Shown here one piece after another: positions 31,480 to 46,700 of a stretch of 64,000 nt of DNA. Made by a program: the position numbers and the translations under genes. The DNA is from Eledone cirrhosa (lineage: Eukaryota), in NCBI GenBank assembly GCA_964016885.1, contig OZ024741.1:10602001-10666000 (forward strand), in the 5' to 3' direction. The notes below the pieces were generated by a model, which made no database searches, had not been told where the DNA came from, and saw nothing but the letters and a program-made list of their open reading frames with translations. Numbering within the stretch: the stretch's first letter is position 1; the number at the start of each line of letters is the position of its first letter.

Positions 31480-32240
31480 GTATGTATATATATATGTATG
31501 TATATATATGTGTGTATATATATATGTGTATGTATATATATGTGTATGTATATATATATGTATATTTATATATATGTATGTATATATGTATGTATATATA
31601 TATGTATATATATGTATGTATGTATATATATATGTATGTATATATATATGTATGTATATATATATGTATGTATATATATATGTATGTATATATGTATGTA
31701 TGTATATATATATATGTATGTATATATATATGTATGTATATATATATGTATGTATATATATATGTATGTATATATATATGTATGTATATATATATGTATG
31801 TATATATATATGTATGTATATATATATATGTATGTATATATATATATGTATGTATATATGTATGTATATATATATGTATGTATATATATATGTATGTATA
31901 TATATATGTATGTATATATATATGTATGTATATATATATGTATGTATATATATATGTATGTATATATATATGTATGTATATATATATGTATGTATGTATA
32001 TATATATGTATGTATATATATATGTATGTATGTATATATATATGTATGTATGTATATATGTATGTATGTATATATGTATGTATGTATGTATATATGTATG
32101 TATGTATATATGTATGTATGTATATATGTATGTATGTATATATGTATGTATGTATATATATATGTATGTATATATATATGTATGTATATATGTATATATA
32201 TATGTATGTATATATATATGTATGTATATGTATATATATG

Positions 32241-32271
<31 letters not shown>

Positions 32272-32494
32272 GTATGTATATATATATGTATGTATATGTA
32301 TATATATGTATGTATATATATATATGTATGTATATATGTATGTACGTATGTATATATATATGTATGTATATATATATGTATGTATGTATATATGTACGTA
32401 TGTATATATGTATGTATGTATGTATATATGTATGTATGTATGTATATATGTATGTATGTATATATGTATATATGTATATATATATATATATATC

Positions 32495-32924
32495 TGAGTG
32501 AGTCTCTTGGTCAGTGTCCAAGTCTCAGACCCATACAGCAGCACAGACTCCACTACAGCAATGAAGAGGCGGATTTTCAGGTCTCTACGAAGGTCCGACT
32601 TCCACACCGATCTCAAGCTGTGACACGCCGCCCAGGCCTTGCTCTTCCTCTCAACCACATCATCTCAAAAAGTCAGCTCAAATGTGACACAGAAGACTGA
32701 GGTTGGCTGGACATGCTCACCGACATCCAGAGTTGACATTGCACTCAGTGCTCCTTTGGGAGCCCCTACATGGACACACTAGAAGTGGAAGACCAAGGTT
32801 AACATATGTTGATGCCCTAAGGACAGACACTGGTCTGTTGGAGATGCAGGATATGGCAGCGATAATGGACAGAGACCGCTGGAGAGAACTCGTCCCTGGA
32901 TCTCGGGAATTTAACCCGCCTTAG
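32495..32924. mobile_element. RTE/RTE-X-like LINE 3' fragment with inverted 5' part
   Basis: Minus strand 32495-32658 encodes [15 protein letters not shown]...[16 protein letters not shown]. Plus strand ~32660-32924 encodes the downstream [12 protein letters not shown]...GRPRLTYVD...DRDRWR-stop. Confidence 0.8.
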
Positions 32925-33005
32925 ATATAGATATATATATATATATATATGTATGTATATGTATATATATGTATATGTATATGTATATATATATGTATGT
33001 ATATG

Positions 33006-33086
<81 letters not shown>

Positions 33087-33151
33087 GTATGTATGTATAT
33101 GTATATATATGTATATATATATATGTATGGATATATATATATATAGATGTA

Positions 33152-33188
<37 letters not shown>

Positions 33189-33303
33189 ATATATATGTAT
33201 ATATATATATATATATATATGTGTGTATATATATGTATATATATATATATATATGTGTGTATATATATGTATATATATATATATATATGTGTGTATATAT
33301 ATC

Positions 33304-33336
<33 letters not shown>

Positions 33337-33337
33337 G

Positions 33338-33369
<32 letters not shown>

Positions 33370-33405
33370 TATATGTGTATATATATTTATATGTGTATAT
33401 ATATG

Positions 33406-33439
<34 letters not shown>

Positions 33440-33478
33440 TATATGTGTATATATATATATATGTGTATATATATATAT

Positions 33479-33556
<78 letters not shown>

Positions 33557-33573
33557 ATATATATATATATGTG

Positions 33574-33608
<35 letters not shown>

Positions 33609-33627
33609 GTATATATATGTGTATATG

Positions 33628-33729
<102 letters not shown>

Positions 33730-33783
33730 TATATGTGTGTATATATGTATATATATATATATATATATGTGTGTATATATATC

Positions 33784-33866
<83 letters not shown>

Positions 33867-34063
33867 GTGTGTATATATGTGTGTATATATATGTATATAT
33901 ATATATATATATGTGTGTATATATATGTATATATATATATATATATACATATATATATGTGTGTATATATATGTATATATATATATATATATACATATAT
34001 ATATGTGTGTATATATATGTATATATATATATATATATACATATATATATGTGTGTATGTATG

Positions 34064-34182
<119 letters not shown>

Positions 34183-34223
34183 ATATATATGTATATATAT
34201 ATATATATATATATGTGTGTATA

Positions 34224-34266
<43 letters not shown>

Positions 34267-34369
34267 ATATATATGTATATATATATATGTGTGTGTGTAT
34301 ATATATGTATATATATATATGTGTGTGTGTGTATATATATGTATATATATATATATATGTGTGTGTATA

Positions 34370-34428
<59 letters not shown>

Positions 34429-34457
34429 ATATATATGTATATATATATATGTATTAG

Positions 34458-35054
34458 AATTTACCTTCTAATACCAGAACAAGAACTCTCCCTCCCACAG
34501 TCCACAAAGGTCGTCAAATCCTACCCAAACCATCATCTACACCTCTCACAACACACACACCCACATACCCACCCACTCGAAACCCCATCATTTGCCGCTA
34601 CTCTCTACGCTATAGAATATGTACGGATAGTGGCTGCAAATTCACCCATTTACCTAGGACAAAACGATCTATCCCCACAAACAGCCCCCACCATAATACA
34701 TACTCTAATTTAACACCAACACAACCACCAATAACTCAAACAAGGAATCCACAAATCTGCCGTTTTTCCCTGCGAGACAGATTGTGTTTAGACCGGGATT
34801 GTCCCTTTACCCATCTCCCGGGGACCCGTCGGACAAATGAAAATAAAATTATAAATAAAAGCAAAAACAAAAACCATAACCTACATAAAAATAACCACTA
34901 CCACAGTCACCAACAGTCTTCTAAACAGGAAACTTCTTCCTCTTTTTTAGCCATAATGAATCTGGCAAAAGAACTGGAAAAAAACATTCGAGCTATCACC
35001 CAGCACCACCCTCCACTATCACCCCACTGCACAAACTCCCATTGCTGCCATTAA
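34458..35054 (+). CDS. LINE ORF1 C-terminal part with two CCCH-type zinc fingers (partial)
   Basis: Stop-free frame containing [19 protein letters not shown] and [19 protein letters not shown] (C-x8-C-x4-C-x3-H); start lost. Confidence 0.7.
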   Translation, partial: NLPSNTRTRTLPPTVHKGRQILPKPSSTPLTTHTPTYPPTRNPIICRYSLRYRICTDSGCKFTHLPRTKRSIPTNSPHHNTYSNLTPTQPPITQTRNPQICRFSLRDRLCLDRDCPFTHLPGTRRTNENKIINKSKNKNHNLHKNNHYHSHQQSSKQETSSSFLAIMNLAKELEKNIRAITQHHPPLSPHCTNSHCCH

Positions 35055-38000
35055 CAAACAAACAAATTAACAACACACCAAAACAATTAAAACCATCCAC
35101 TCTCGCCTCTACATTTTTGCTTAACGCCCAAGGCATCAGCCCTTCCACCAATACTCAAAAATGGAAGATCAAATTCCTAGAGGACTGGATTGATGTCCAT
35201 CCAAACCACATCCCTTTCTTCGTCCTCACTGAAACCCATCTCAGTAACCTCCACTTGGAAGCCGAGGTGAAAGTGAAAAATTTCAAGGCCATCCGTGCTG
35301 ATTGCGCTGGCAGAAGAAAGGGCGGAACTGCCATTTATGTCCATAATTCTTTCTCAACAGAGGCTATGAACATATTCACTAATGGATACTGTGAAGCAGT
35401 CACTGTATTCAGTCAAACCAACAACCTATTAGTAGTTGGGCTCTATAGGCCACCCCAAACGCCTGTACCATGCTTCAAGGAATGCCTCAACAGCATAAAG
35501 TGTTTCATCCAAGAGTGTCACCATGACAACATCTTAATGATGGGGGACTTCAACCTCCCCGGAGTTGACTGGTCCACAAACAGCCTGCCACCAGGTTCTT
35601 CTGCCTCAACCTCTGACAGGGAAGCTGTGGAATCGCTTCTTGACTTCATGGATGATTTCTTCCTATCTCAACTGGTGCTCGAACCAACGAGGTGCCACAA
35701 AAACGTCCTAGACTTAATTTTCAGCAATCACACTGACAATATCCACAATATTGCAGTGGAGAAAACTCTACTCTCTGATCATGACATGGTTCTCTGTGAT
35801 CTGAGATTCCACCGTCCAATATACAAACCCAATGTCATCTCTCCTGTCGATCCGTTTGACGCTATGGATTTCCACAATGCAAACTGGGAAGCGATCAGTC
35901 ATGATCTTGCACATGTCGACTGGTCCTTCACGCACACTCATACACCCACTAACATCAAAAAGTCCTGGCAGACATTTGTGGACACTGTTACAAACATATG
36001 TGCTAAACACACCCCATTAAGAACTATAAACAAATCTAAGAGCAGAATCCCTAGAAATAGAAAAACGCTCATCAGAAAAATTAAGAGAACGAACAAAAAA
36101 ATCAAGAATCTGAAATACTGTCAGCAGCAACACATCAACTTGACTGCCATTTCATCACTAGAGATTAAAAAACATAACCTCCAAAACAACATAATGTCCC
36201 TCATCAACAATCAGAGAAGAGCTGAAGAGGCCTGGGCCATTGAGAAGATCAAACTCAATCCCAAAGTGTTCTTTTCATTTGCAAAAAAACACAAAATCAC
36301 TGGCTCTACTGTTGGCCCTCTAATTGATGAAAATGGCACTCTTCAAGACAATGCTAAAACCATGGGTGAGATACTGCAGAAACAATACTGCTCTGTTTTC
36401 AGCAATCCTAATATGGCCGATCTGGGCTGTATCGGCGATGTTACTCCCCATTACACCTTATCGGACATAACGTTTGGCGCCCCTGATGTCTTGGCGGCAA
36501 TAAAGGAAATCAAGCATAATTCAGCAGTAGGTCCCGATAGGTTCCCTGCTTGTGTCTTGAAGGCGTGTCAACACCAACTTGCATCTCCTCTTGCCAATCT
36601 GTCGCGGAACTCACTGGATGCTGGATATGTGCCAGAAAACCTTCTATCCCAGTCTGTTGTCCCAGTTTTCAAAAAGGGAAACAAATCCCTTGCCGTGAAT
36701 TACCGTCCAATCTCACTCACCTCTCATATCATTAAGGTATTTGAGCGAGTGGTGAGATCGCGAATGACCCACTTCCTTGAGAGTAACAATATGCTGAACT
36801 CCAACCAGCATGGATTCCGTAATGGAAGGGATTGCCTGACGCAGCTACTGCATCACTTTGATGACATTTTGAGAGCCTTGGGAGAGGGTTCCAACACTGA
36901 TGTTATCTACCTTGATTTCAGCAAGGCCTTTGACAGGGTTGATCATAACATTCTACTGCGAAAGCTGTCCAATATTGGTGTCACTGGAAAGCTGCTGCAG
37001 TGGATCAAGAGCTTCCTGTCAAACAGAACCCAACGTGTTGTAGTTGAGGGAGTCAAATCAAGCCCAGCCAAAGTCAGTAGTGGGGTCCCACAAGGCACTG
37101 TGTTGGGCCCACTTCTCTTCATCATCTATATTAATGACATCACTGACATCATCAAACACAGCAACATGAAAATTTTCGCTGATGATTCCAAGCTCCAAAA
37201 GGTCATCAATGGCGTGGATGACCGGATAAGCCTTCAGTCAGACATACTGGCTGTTACCCAATGGGCAGAAAAGAACAACATGTTACTGAACGAAGACAAA
37301 TTCGAACTGATCCACTTTGGAAAAGAGGATGCTCTGAAACTCCCGTACTCCCTTCCCTCCGGGGAAACTCTCGTGGCATCTAACAACATCAGAGACTTGG
37401 GAGTAACCGTGGACAGCAACATAAGCTGGACCACGCATATAAGCAGCAAAGTTGACATGGCCCGCAGAATGTGTTCCTGGATCCTCAGAACCTTCCAGTC
37501 GAGAGATTCCCGCACCATTATCCTTCTCTTCTCTACTTTCGCCCGACCACACCTTGAATACTGTTGTCCACTGTGGTCTCCCCACACGAAACAAAGTATC
37601 ATGAAACTTGAAGCTCCTCAAAGGGCAATCACGAAAAAGATAGATGGCATGTCAGACCTTGACTACTGGGGTCGATTAGAAAACCTGAAACTTTACTCAC
37701 TCCAACGTCGCCGTGAGCGTTATATTATCTGCATGATGTGGAAAATGTTCCATCATCACTGCCCAAATGATGTTGGCATCGCCTTCAAGATACACCCAAG
37801 GCTTGGGCCCCGTGCTATCCGTCCCATTCAAAAATCTAAATCGCAACTCATAACAACAATACAGCACAATTATTTCACCCCAATCGGCCCTGCTCTCTTC
37901 AACATCACACCAGGACACGTCAAAACAGAAACTGACCACACAAAATTCAAGAAGTCTTTGGACAAATTCCTCCAAGTAATCCCGGACAAACCACCCACAC

Positions 38001-38062
38001 CCGGATATCTCTCCGCAAACAGTAATTCTCTTCTCGAATGGGCCATGGTGCCCAAATCCTGA
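34925..38062 (+). CDS. LINE ORF2: APE endonuclease + reverse transcriptase (CR1 group)
   Basis: Over 1000 codons open. APE motifs LNAQG, LTETHL, GLYRPP, MGDFN, LDLIF, SDH; RT motifs [42 protein letters not shown]. Frame opens after TAA at 34922-34924; the supplied track starts it at TTG 35042. Confidence 0.93.
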   Translation, partial: TGNFFLFFSHNESGKRTGKKHSSYHPAPPSTITPLHKLPLLPLTNKQINNTPKQLKPSTLASTFLLNAQGISPSTNTQKWKIKFLEDWIDVHPNHIPFFVLTETHLSNLHLEAEVKVKNFKAIRADCAGRRKGGTAIYVHNSFSTEAMNIFTNGYCEAVTVFSQTNNLLVVGLYRPPQTPVPCFKECLNSIKCFIQECHHDNILMMGDFNLPGVDWSTNSLPPGSSASTSDREAVESLLDFMDDFFLSQLVLEPTRCHKNVLDLIFSNHTDNIHNIAVEKTLLSDHDMVLCDLRFHRPIYKPNVISPVDPFDAMDFHNANWEAISHDLAHVDWSFTHTHTPTNIKKSWQTFVDTVTNICAKHTPLRTINKSKSRIPRNRKTLIRKIKRTNKKIKNLKYCQQQHINLTAISSLEIKKHNLQNNIMSLINNQRRAEEAWAIEKIKLNPKVFFSFAKKHKITGSTVGPLIDENGTLQDNAKTMGEILQKQYCSVFSNPNMADLGCIGDVTPHYTLSDITFGAPDVLAAIKEIKHNSAVGPDRFPACVLKACQHQLASPLANLSRNSLDAGYVPENLLSQSVVPVFKKGNKSLAVNYRPISLTSHIIKVFERVVRSRMTHFLESNNMLNSNQHGFRNGRDCLTQLLHHFDDILRALGEGSNTDVIYLDFSKAFDRVDHNILLRKLSNIGVTGKLLQWIKSFLSNRTQRVVVEGVKSSPAKVSSGVPQGTVLGPLLFIIYINDITDIIKHSNMKIFADDSKLQKVINGVDDRISLQSDILAVTQWAEKNNMLLNEDKFELIHFGKEDALKLPYSLPSGETLVASNNIRDLGVTVDSNISWTTHISSKVDMARRMCSWILRTFQSRDSRTIILLFSTFARPHLEYCCPLWSPHTKQSIMKLEAPQRAITKKIDGMSDLDYWGRLENLKLYSLQRRRERYIICMMWKMFHHHCPNDVGIAFKIHPRLGPRAIRPIQKSKSQLITTIQHNYFTPIGPALFNITPGHVKTETDHTKFKKSLDKFLQVIPDKPPTPGYLSANSNSLLEWAMVPKS

Positions 38063-38681
38063 ATTGAAAGACTTCGCCAGGTGGTGCTATTAAGTTAGAC
38101 ATGGCCTGGGCCAATACTGGCCAAAACATTTCAAAGTTATTCAAAGTTATATGTATATATATGTATATATATATATATGTATATATATATATGTATATAT
38201 ATATATGTATATATATATATGTATATGTATATATATATATGTATATGTATATATGTATATATATATGTGTGTATATATATATGTGTGTATATATATATGT
38301 ATATGTATATGTATATATATATGTATATGTATATGTATATATATATGTATATATATATGTATATATATATATGTATATATATATGTATATATATATGTAT
38401 ATATATATGTATATATATATGTATATATATATGTATGTATATATGTATGTATATATATATGTATATATATATGTATATATATATGTATATGTATATGTAT
38501 ATGTATATATATATGTATATGTATATGTATGTATATATATATGTATATGTATATATATATATATGTATATGTATATATATGTATATATATATATGTATAT
38601 GTATATGTATATATATATGTATATGTATATATATGTATATATATATATATATATATATGTATATGTATATGTATATATATG

Positions 38682-38712
<31 letters not shown>

Positions 38713-39365
38713 GTATATATATGTATGTATGTATATATATGTATATGTATATATATGTATGTATATATATGTATATGTATATATATGTATATATATGTAT
38801 ATATGTATATATGTATATATATATATGTATATATGTATATATATATATATATGTATATGTATGTATATATATATGTATGTATATATATATATATGTATAT
38901 GTATATATATATATGTATATATATGTATATATATGTATATATATGTATATATATGTATATGTATATATGTATATGTATATATGTATATGTATATGTATAT
39001 ATATGTATATATATATGTATATATATGTATATATGTATATATATATGTATATATATATATGTATATATATATATGTATGTATATATGTATATATATATGT
39101 ATATATATATATGTATGTATATATGTATGTATATATGTATATGTATATGTATATATGTATATGTATATGTATATATGTATATGTATATATGTATATGTAT
39201 ATATGTATATATGTATATATGTATATGTATATGTATATATGTATATGTATATATATATATGTATATGTATATATGTATATATGTATATATATGTATATAT
39301 GTATATATATGTATGTATATATATGTATATATATATATGTATATATGTATATATATGTATATATG

Positions 39366-39397
<32 letters not shown>

Positions 39398-39511
39398 TGT
39401 ATGTATATATGTATGTATATATATATATATGTATGTATGTATATATGTATATATATGTATGTATATATATGTATATATATATATGTATATATGTATATAT
39501 ATGTATATATG

Positions 39512-39543
<32 letters not shown>

Positions 39544-39597
39544 TGTATGTATATATGTATGTATATATATATATATATGTATGTATATATGTATGTA

Positions 39598-39633
<36 letters not shown>

Positions 39634-41214
39634 TATATATATATGTATGTATATATGTATGTATATATGTATATATGTATATATGTATATATATATATGG
39701 TTATACTTGGGGAGGGTCATATTTGTGTAATATTGCCAGAATTAATAATAGAATTAAATACATATATATATATGCATATATGTATATATATATATGTATA
39801 TATGTATGTATATATATGTATATATATATGTATATATATATGTGTATATATATGTGTATATATATGTGTATATATATGTGTGTATATATATGTATATGTA
39901 TATATGTATATATATATGTATATGTATATATATATATGTATATATGTATATGTATATATATATGTATGTATATGTATGTATGTATATATATATGTATGTA
40001 TATGTATGTATGTATATATATATATGTATATATGTATATGTATATATATATGTATGTATATGTATGTATGTATATGTATATATGTATATATGTATATGTA
40101 TATATATATGTATGTATATGTATGTATGTATATGTGTATATGTATATATATATGTATGTATATGTATGTATGTATATGTATATATATATGTATATATATG
40201 TATATGCATATGTATATATATGTATATATATATTGATATATATATATGTATATATATATGTATATATATATGTATATATATGTGTATATATATATGTATA
40301 TATATGTATATATGTATATGTGTATATATATGTATATATATGTATATATATGTATATATGTATATGTGTATATATATGTATATATATGTATATGTGTATA
40401 TATATGTATATATATGTATATGTATATATATATATGTATATATATGTATATGTATATATATATATATGTATGTATATATATATATGTATATATATGTGTA
40501 TATATATGTATATATATGTATATATATATGTATATATATATGTATATATATATGTATATATATATGTATATATATATGTATATATATATGTATATATATA
40601 TGTATATATATATGTATATATATATGTATATATATATGTATATATATATGTATATATATATGTATATATATATGTATATATATATGTATATATATATGTA
40701 TATATATATGTATATATATATATGTATATATATATATGTATATATATATATGTGTATATATATATGTGTATATATATATGTGTATATATATATGTGTATA
40801 TATATATGTATATATATATATGTGTATATATATATGTATATATATATGTATATATATATGTATATATATATGTATATATATATGTATATATATATATGTG
40901 TATATATATATGTATATATATATATGTGTATATATATATGTGTATATATATATGTGTATATATATGTGTGTATATATATGTGTGTATATATATGTGTATA
41001 TATATATTTGTGTATATATATATTTGTGTATATGTATATGTGTATATATATGTGTATATGTATATGTGTACATATATGTGTATATGTATATGTGTATATA
41101 TATATGTGTATATATATGTATATATATATGTATATATATATGTATATATATATGTGTATATGTATATATGTCTATATATATATGTATATATATATATGAG
41201 AGTATATATATATG

Positions 41215-41245
<31 letters not shown>

Positions 41246-41546
41246 GTATATGTATATATATATATATGAGTATATATATATGTATATATATGTATATGTA
41301 TATATATATATATGAGTATATATATATGTATATATATATGTATATATATATATGTATATATATATATGTATATATATATATGTATATATATATATGTATA
41401 TATATATATGTGTATATATGTATATATATATATGTGTATATATGTATATATATATATGTGTATATATGTATATATATATATGTGTATATATGTATATATA
41501 TATATATGTATATATATATATGTATATATATATATGTGTATATATG

Positions 41547-41577
<31 letters not shown>

Positions 41578-42205
41578 GTATATATATATATGTGTATATA
41601 TGTATATATATATATATGTATATGTATGTATATATATATATATATATGTGTATATATGTATATATAAATATATGTATATGTATGTATATATATATATATA
41701 TATGTGTATATATGTATATATAAATATATGTATATGTATGTATATATATATATATATATGTGTATATATGTATATATAAATATATGTATATGTATGTATA
41801 TATATATATATATATGTGTATATATGTATATATAAATATATGTATATGTATGTATATATATATATATATATGTGTATATATGTATATATAAATATATGTA
41901 TATGTATGTATATATGTATATATATATATATGTGTATATATGTATATATAAATATATGTATATGTATGTATATATATATATATATATATGTGTATATATG
42001 TATATATAATATATGTATATGTATGTATATATATATATATATATATATGTGTATGTATGTATATATATATATATATATATGTGTATATATATATATATAT
42101 ATGTGTATATATATATATATATATGTGTATATATGTATATATATATATATATGTATATATGTGTATATATGTATATATATATATATATATATATGTGTAT
42201 ATATG

Positions 42206-42236
<31 letters not shown>

Positions 42237-42433
42237 GTATATATATATGTATATATATATATATGTGTATAGGTGTATATATGTATATATATATATGTAT
42301 ATATATATATATGTGTATAGGTATATATGTGTATAGGTATATATGTGTATAGGTATATATATGTATAGGTATATATATATATGTATATATATATGTATAT
42401 ATATATATGTATATATGTATATATATATTGTAT

Positions 42434-43044
42434 GTCAGGTCACCACTTGGTGCTACTGGTAACATGTATCCCAGTACAACCTGTCTCATGGTCGGGTCAT
42501 TGGCGACTAAACTGGCAACCCCACCAAGGTTTCTTGGTGAGGAATGTGACTTTGGACATCCTACAGGACTAAAAGCAAAACCTGTCAAAGGGCAGAGGAG
42601 CTCTTAAGAGTCAATGGCCATCCAAAATCACCGGGAGAGATGACCCCTTAGCCTTTGTCAAGGCAGAATTCTAGGAGAAGGAGAATTCGGATATAACACC
42701 TGCAACCCTGATGGTACCCAATGATGTTGACTTGTTCTTCTTTTTGGTAAATATCATCTTGGTTAAGAGAGTGGGACTGGCTTTGTGCGGTGCCTTTGCT
42801 CACTCACTATAAATGCTTCACGGCACAGGCATTGCTTTGTATCTGGAGATCTCTCTGCACTTATCGTCACATGGTGCCATGGGCCCAGCACTATCTGTCA
42901 GTAATTGTCACAAGTGTAGTGTTTGTACCAGAGTTTTCAAGTCGCTGGCTGGACTAAGTCACACTCGTTCAGCGCATCGGTAGGGGTTCTCCTACATGGA
43001 TATAAAGTAGTGGCCGTACTCGAAAACGTGTTGGCAGCCACCAT
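42434..43044 (+). mobile_element. ~610-bp bipartite RTE-derived element, copy 5
   Basis: Same family; 5' half and upstream flank match copy 4. Confidence 0.75.
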
Positions 43045-43073
43045 GTATATATGTATATGTATATATATATGTA

Positions 43074-43143
<70 letters not shown>

Positions 43144-43332
43144 GGTTTGAGGTTCACCATTGTATAGAGGTGGTCTATTCCGTATGGTCAATCGTAATGC
43201 AATAATATAGAGTACTCAACGTAAGGCAGTTCAACCGTCTTTGATTTTGTAGTTGGTGGTGCTATTACGGAGTTAAATATTATAATGAAATGACAGGAGG
43301 CTGGATTTGTGTAAATCCTTGAAAGGTTTATT

Positions 43333-43390
43333 ATACTATGATCATTTCAATGACCGGGTTCCGTATGAATCCGGTGATATCATCAGGTAT
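43333..43390 (-). ncRNA. Minimal type-I hammerhead motif in a pseudo-LTR-like fragment (~43141-43535)
   Basis: Minus strand: ATAC-CTGATGA-[ACCGGATTC(ATACG)GAACCCGGT stem]-GAAA-TGATCA-TA-GTAT-AATAAA. Palindromic GATC loop, AUA site, poly(A) signal; the fragment ends in (TA)n. Confidence 0.78.
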
Positions 43391-43714
43391 TCGAAATATA
43401 ATACGTGAATGTAATAGATAAAATCCATGGGGCTGAAAATCGAGGACCCGAGGGCGACCGCTATTCTGTTCCTTCAACCTCAGCCGGTCGCTCTCGAGTG
43501 ACGTGGCTAAATTTTATAGTATGCTACTACCGGTCAGATAAACGAAAACAGAAAGGGATGGGAACATAGATTAACGTCAATCTCATGACACAAGGTAAAA
43601 GAAAGAAAGAAAGGAACGAGAGAGAAGGGGGAAGAAAGAAGAGAAGCCAGGCTTAACCCTGGCTTCTCTTCTTCTTTCTTCCCCCTTCTTCTCTCTCCTT
43701 CCTTTCTTTCTTTC

Positions 43715-46700
43715 TGTCCAAGTTGCCATCGGGACCGAAGACGCAGCAAAGGTTGCCAAGGAAACTGTTTACGGTTCCAAAACCAAGCAAGTCTACAAGG
43801 TCCAGCTGAACAAGAACAATGGTCCTCGAAAGAACCATCAGCAGTCTTATTCCACAGACCAGGAGATGTGCTACCGATGTGGAAAGGCCCACAAAGCAAC
43901 AGACTGCCCCTTCAAAGAAGCCAAATGTCATTTTTGTGACAAAAAGGGACATTTGCAAGCGGTGTGTAGAAAGAAACAATATCAGCAACGTGATCATCGC
44001 TCACAGAATTACGTGAAAAGAATCACGAAAGCTGAGCTAGTCAAGGCGATCCTTGGTGAAGTTCCCCACGATACTCATAGTTTGAATGTGCCAATAACAA
44101 TCCAGAACAGACTTTTCACAATGGAATTGGACATAGCTACTACAGGCAATTTTGTTTCCTTGTCAGTTTGGAAACAATTAGGAAAACCGAAGCTGCAATA
44201 TGTCAAACATCGCTTTGAATCTGCCAGCAAGCACGACCTGCCCGTTCTGGGAACTTTCATGGGCCAAACCAAGGATCCAACGACCGGTAAACGGAATGCA
44301 ATACTCTACATCGTCACCAAGATCCCTGATCTTAATTTGCTGGGACGAAACGCTATCCAGACTCTGGAAATTTCCGTGGACAATGCTCTAGGATTGAAAA
44401 GCATAGACAGCCAGGCCAAGAGTGAGGGTGCAGAAGCGATGCATCCAAAGACCTCAAATGAGCCCTATATTTCCATGCAACGAGATTGTCACATGTGTGA
44501 TGAATTCCCAGATCTCTTCAATCAAGAATTGGGATGTCTTAATGACTTCGAACTGGAAGTGAAGTTCAAGTCGGACGCGACACCGGTCTTTCATAAGACA
44601 CGCTCGGTCCCGTTTGCTCTTCGTGATGACCTGGCCAAAGGTTACGAAGAAGGCATCGCCAAAGGAATCTGGAAGCCAATACAGTTCAACCAATACGGAA
44701 CGCCAGTGGTACCGATTCGTAAAGCACATACTTCAGGCAACCTGAAGCCCAAACTACGGATTTGTGGTGACTACTCTGTGGGAATTAATGACCAACTTGC
44801 AGATCATCGTCATCCAATGCCACTCCCAGAGGAACTGATGCAGAAGCTCGGGGGTGGATTCGGATACACAAAGATTGATCTTGCTGATGCCTATAATCAG
44901 ATCAAGCTGGCTCGCACTCAGCACTCACCGTGGGGTGCTCCTGCAGGAACGACTCCCTTTCGGAATCAAGTCAGCACCTGGTTACTTTCAGGAGATCATG
45001 GAAAACCTGACTCAAGATCTACCTGGTGTGGCCGTCTTCCAGGACGACATGCTCGTCAGTGGGAAAGATGCAAACGATCACCTGAACAACCTAAAGTGTC
45101 TGCTCACACGTCTGTGCGACAAAGGACTCAGATGTCGCCGTGACAAGTGCCAGTTTGCACTACCCAGTGTGGAATACCTTGGACACACCTTGTCGGCTGA
45201 AGGGATCGCGAAGGGATCCAAGGTCGAAGCAGTTTCAAAGATGCCACCTCCAACGAACGTCTCAAGCTTGAAGTCTTTCCTGGGTTCAGTTCAGTTCTAT
45301 GGAAAGTTTATCCCAAACCTGGCCAGCATGGCAGAGCCACTCTATTGCCTTACGAAAAAAACGACTACTTGGAAGTGGGGAGATGAAGAACAGTCAGCTT
45401 TCGATCAGTCGAAAAATGTGCTTTCATCGGATCGAGTTCTGATACACTTCGATCCAAACAAAACTTTGGGACTGGCTTGCGACGCGTCAAACGTTGGTAT
45501 TGGAGCAGTCCTGTTTCATCGCTATCCTGATGGAAGCGAGCGCCCAATATCCAATGTGTCCAAGACTCTTACTTCTGCACAGCGTAACTACGGATAAATT
45601 CAAAAGGAAGCCCTGGCCATCATATTTGGCTTGCAGAAGTTCTATCAGTATCTGTACGGACATCAGTTTATACTCGTAACTGACCACAAGCCACTGACAT
45701 CACTGTTCAGTCCGAGGAAAGGGACGCCACTTCTCGCTGCTAACCGACTAGCACGGTGGGCCCTGTGGCTAAACCAGTTTGACTACATCATCGAATATCG
45801 GAAAACAGCGGATCATGGCAATGCAGATGCCCTCAGTCGCTTGCCATTTGGTAATGACTTTGACAGGAAGGAAAATGGTGAAGACATGGACATGGTGTGC
45901 GCCATCAAAGCTCTGTCTTCAAGTCCAACCTATCGATGCTAACGTCCTCCGTCAAGAGTCAGGGAAAGATCCAGTGATATCTACAGTGATACGCTACGTC
46001 CGTGAAGGCTGGCCACCAAAGAATACTGAGATCAATGACGAAGTCAATAAGTTCCGGAAGTTATCGGATTCACTCAGTATCTGCCACGGATGCCTTATCC
46101 ATGGATCGAGAGTTGTGATTCCACATAGCTTACAGCCAAAGATCCTCAATCTTCTGCATCTCGGACACTTTGGCATGGAGCGCATGAAACAATTGGCAAG
46201 AACTGCTGTTTATTGGCCTGGTATCGATGCTGCTATAGAGAAAACCAGTCGACAATGTGATTTGTGTGGTGAACATCAAAACCAGCCATCCAAGTCTCCA
46301 GTTCACCCATGGATGTTACCTGAAAAGCCGTGGAGCCGCTTACACCGGGACCACGCAATAAATTTCATGGGCAGTAATTGGTTGGTGATCACGGATGCTT
46401 ATTCAAATATCCATGCATTCATCCTACGTCATCCACGTCCTCCAGAGCCACTTTAGATCTGCTTGAAGAAGACTTTGCGCACTTCCGATTTCTTCACACG
46501 CTAGTCACCGATAACGCACCAACTTTTGTTTCTGAGGAGTTCCAGAGCTGGTGCAAAGAATGTGGGATCACGCACCTGACAGGGGCACCTTACCACCCAG
46601 CTACCAACGGAGCAGCGGAACGTTTGGTGCAGACCTTCAAACAAGCTCTGAGGAAGACTTCTCTTCCGCCGAAGCGAGCACTTCAAGAGTTCTTGATGCA

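Larger units (their letters stand above)
34458..38150 (+). mobile_element. CR1-group LINE, 5'-truncated within ORF1, ORF2 uninterrupted
   Basis: ORF1 remnant, full APE+RT ORF2 and short 3'UTR; (TA)n on both sides. Confidence 0.9.

Noticed and set aside
43141-43714. 5' LTR of the Gypsy element
   Set aside because: No similarity to the 3' LTR at 47295-47569; it holds an unrelated HHR fragment and an inverted repeat.
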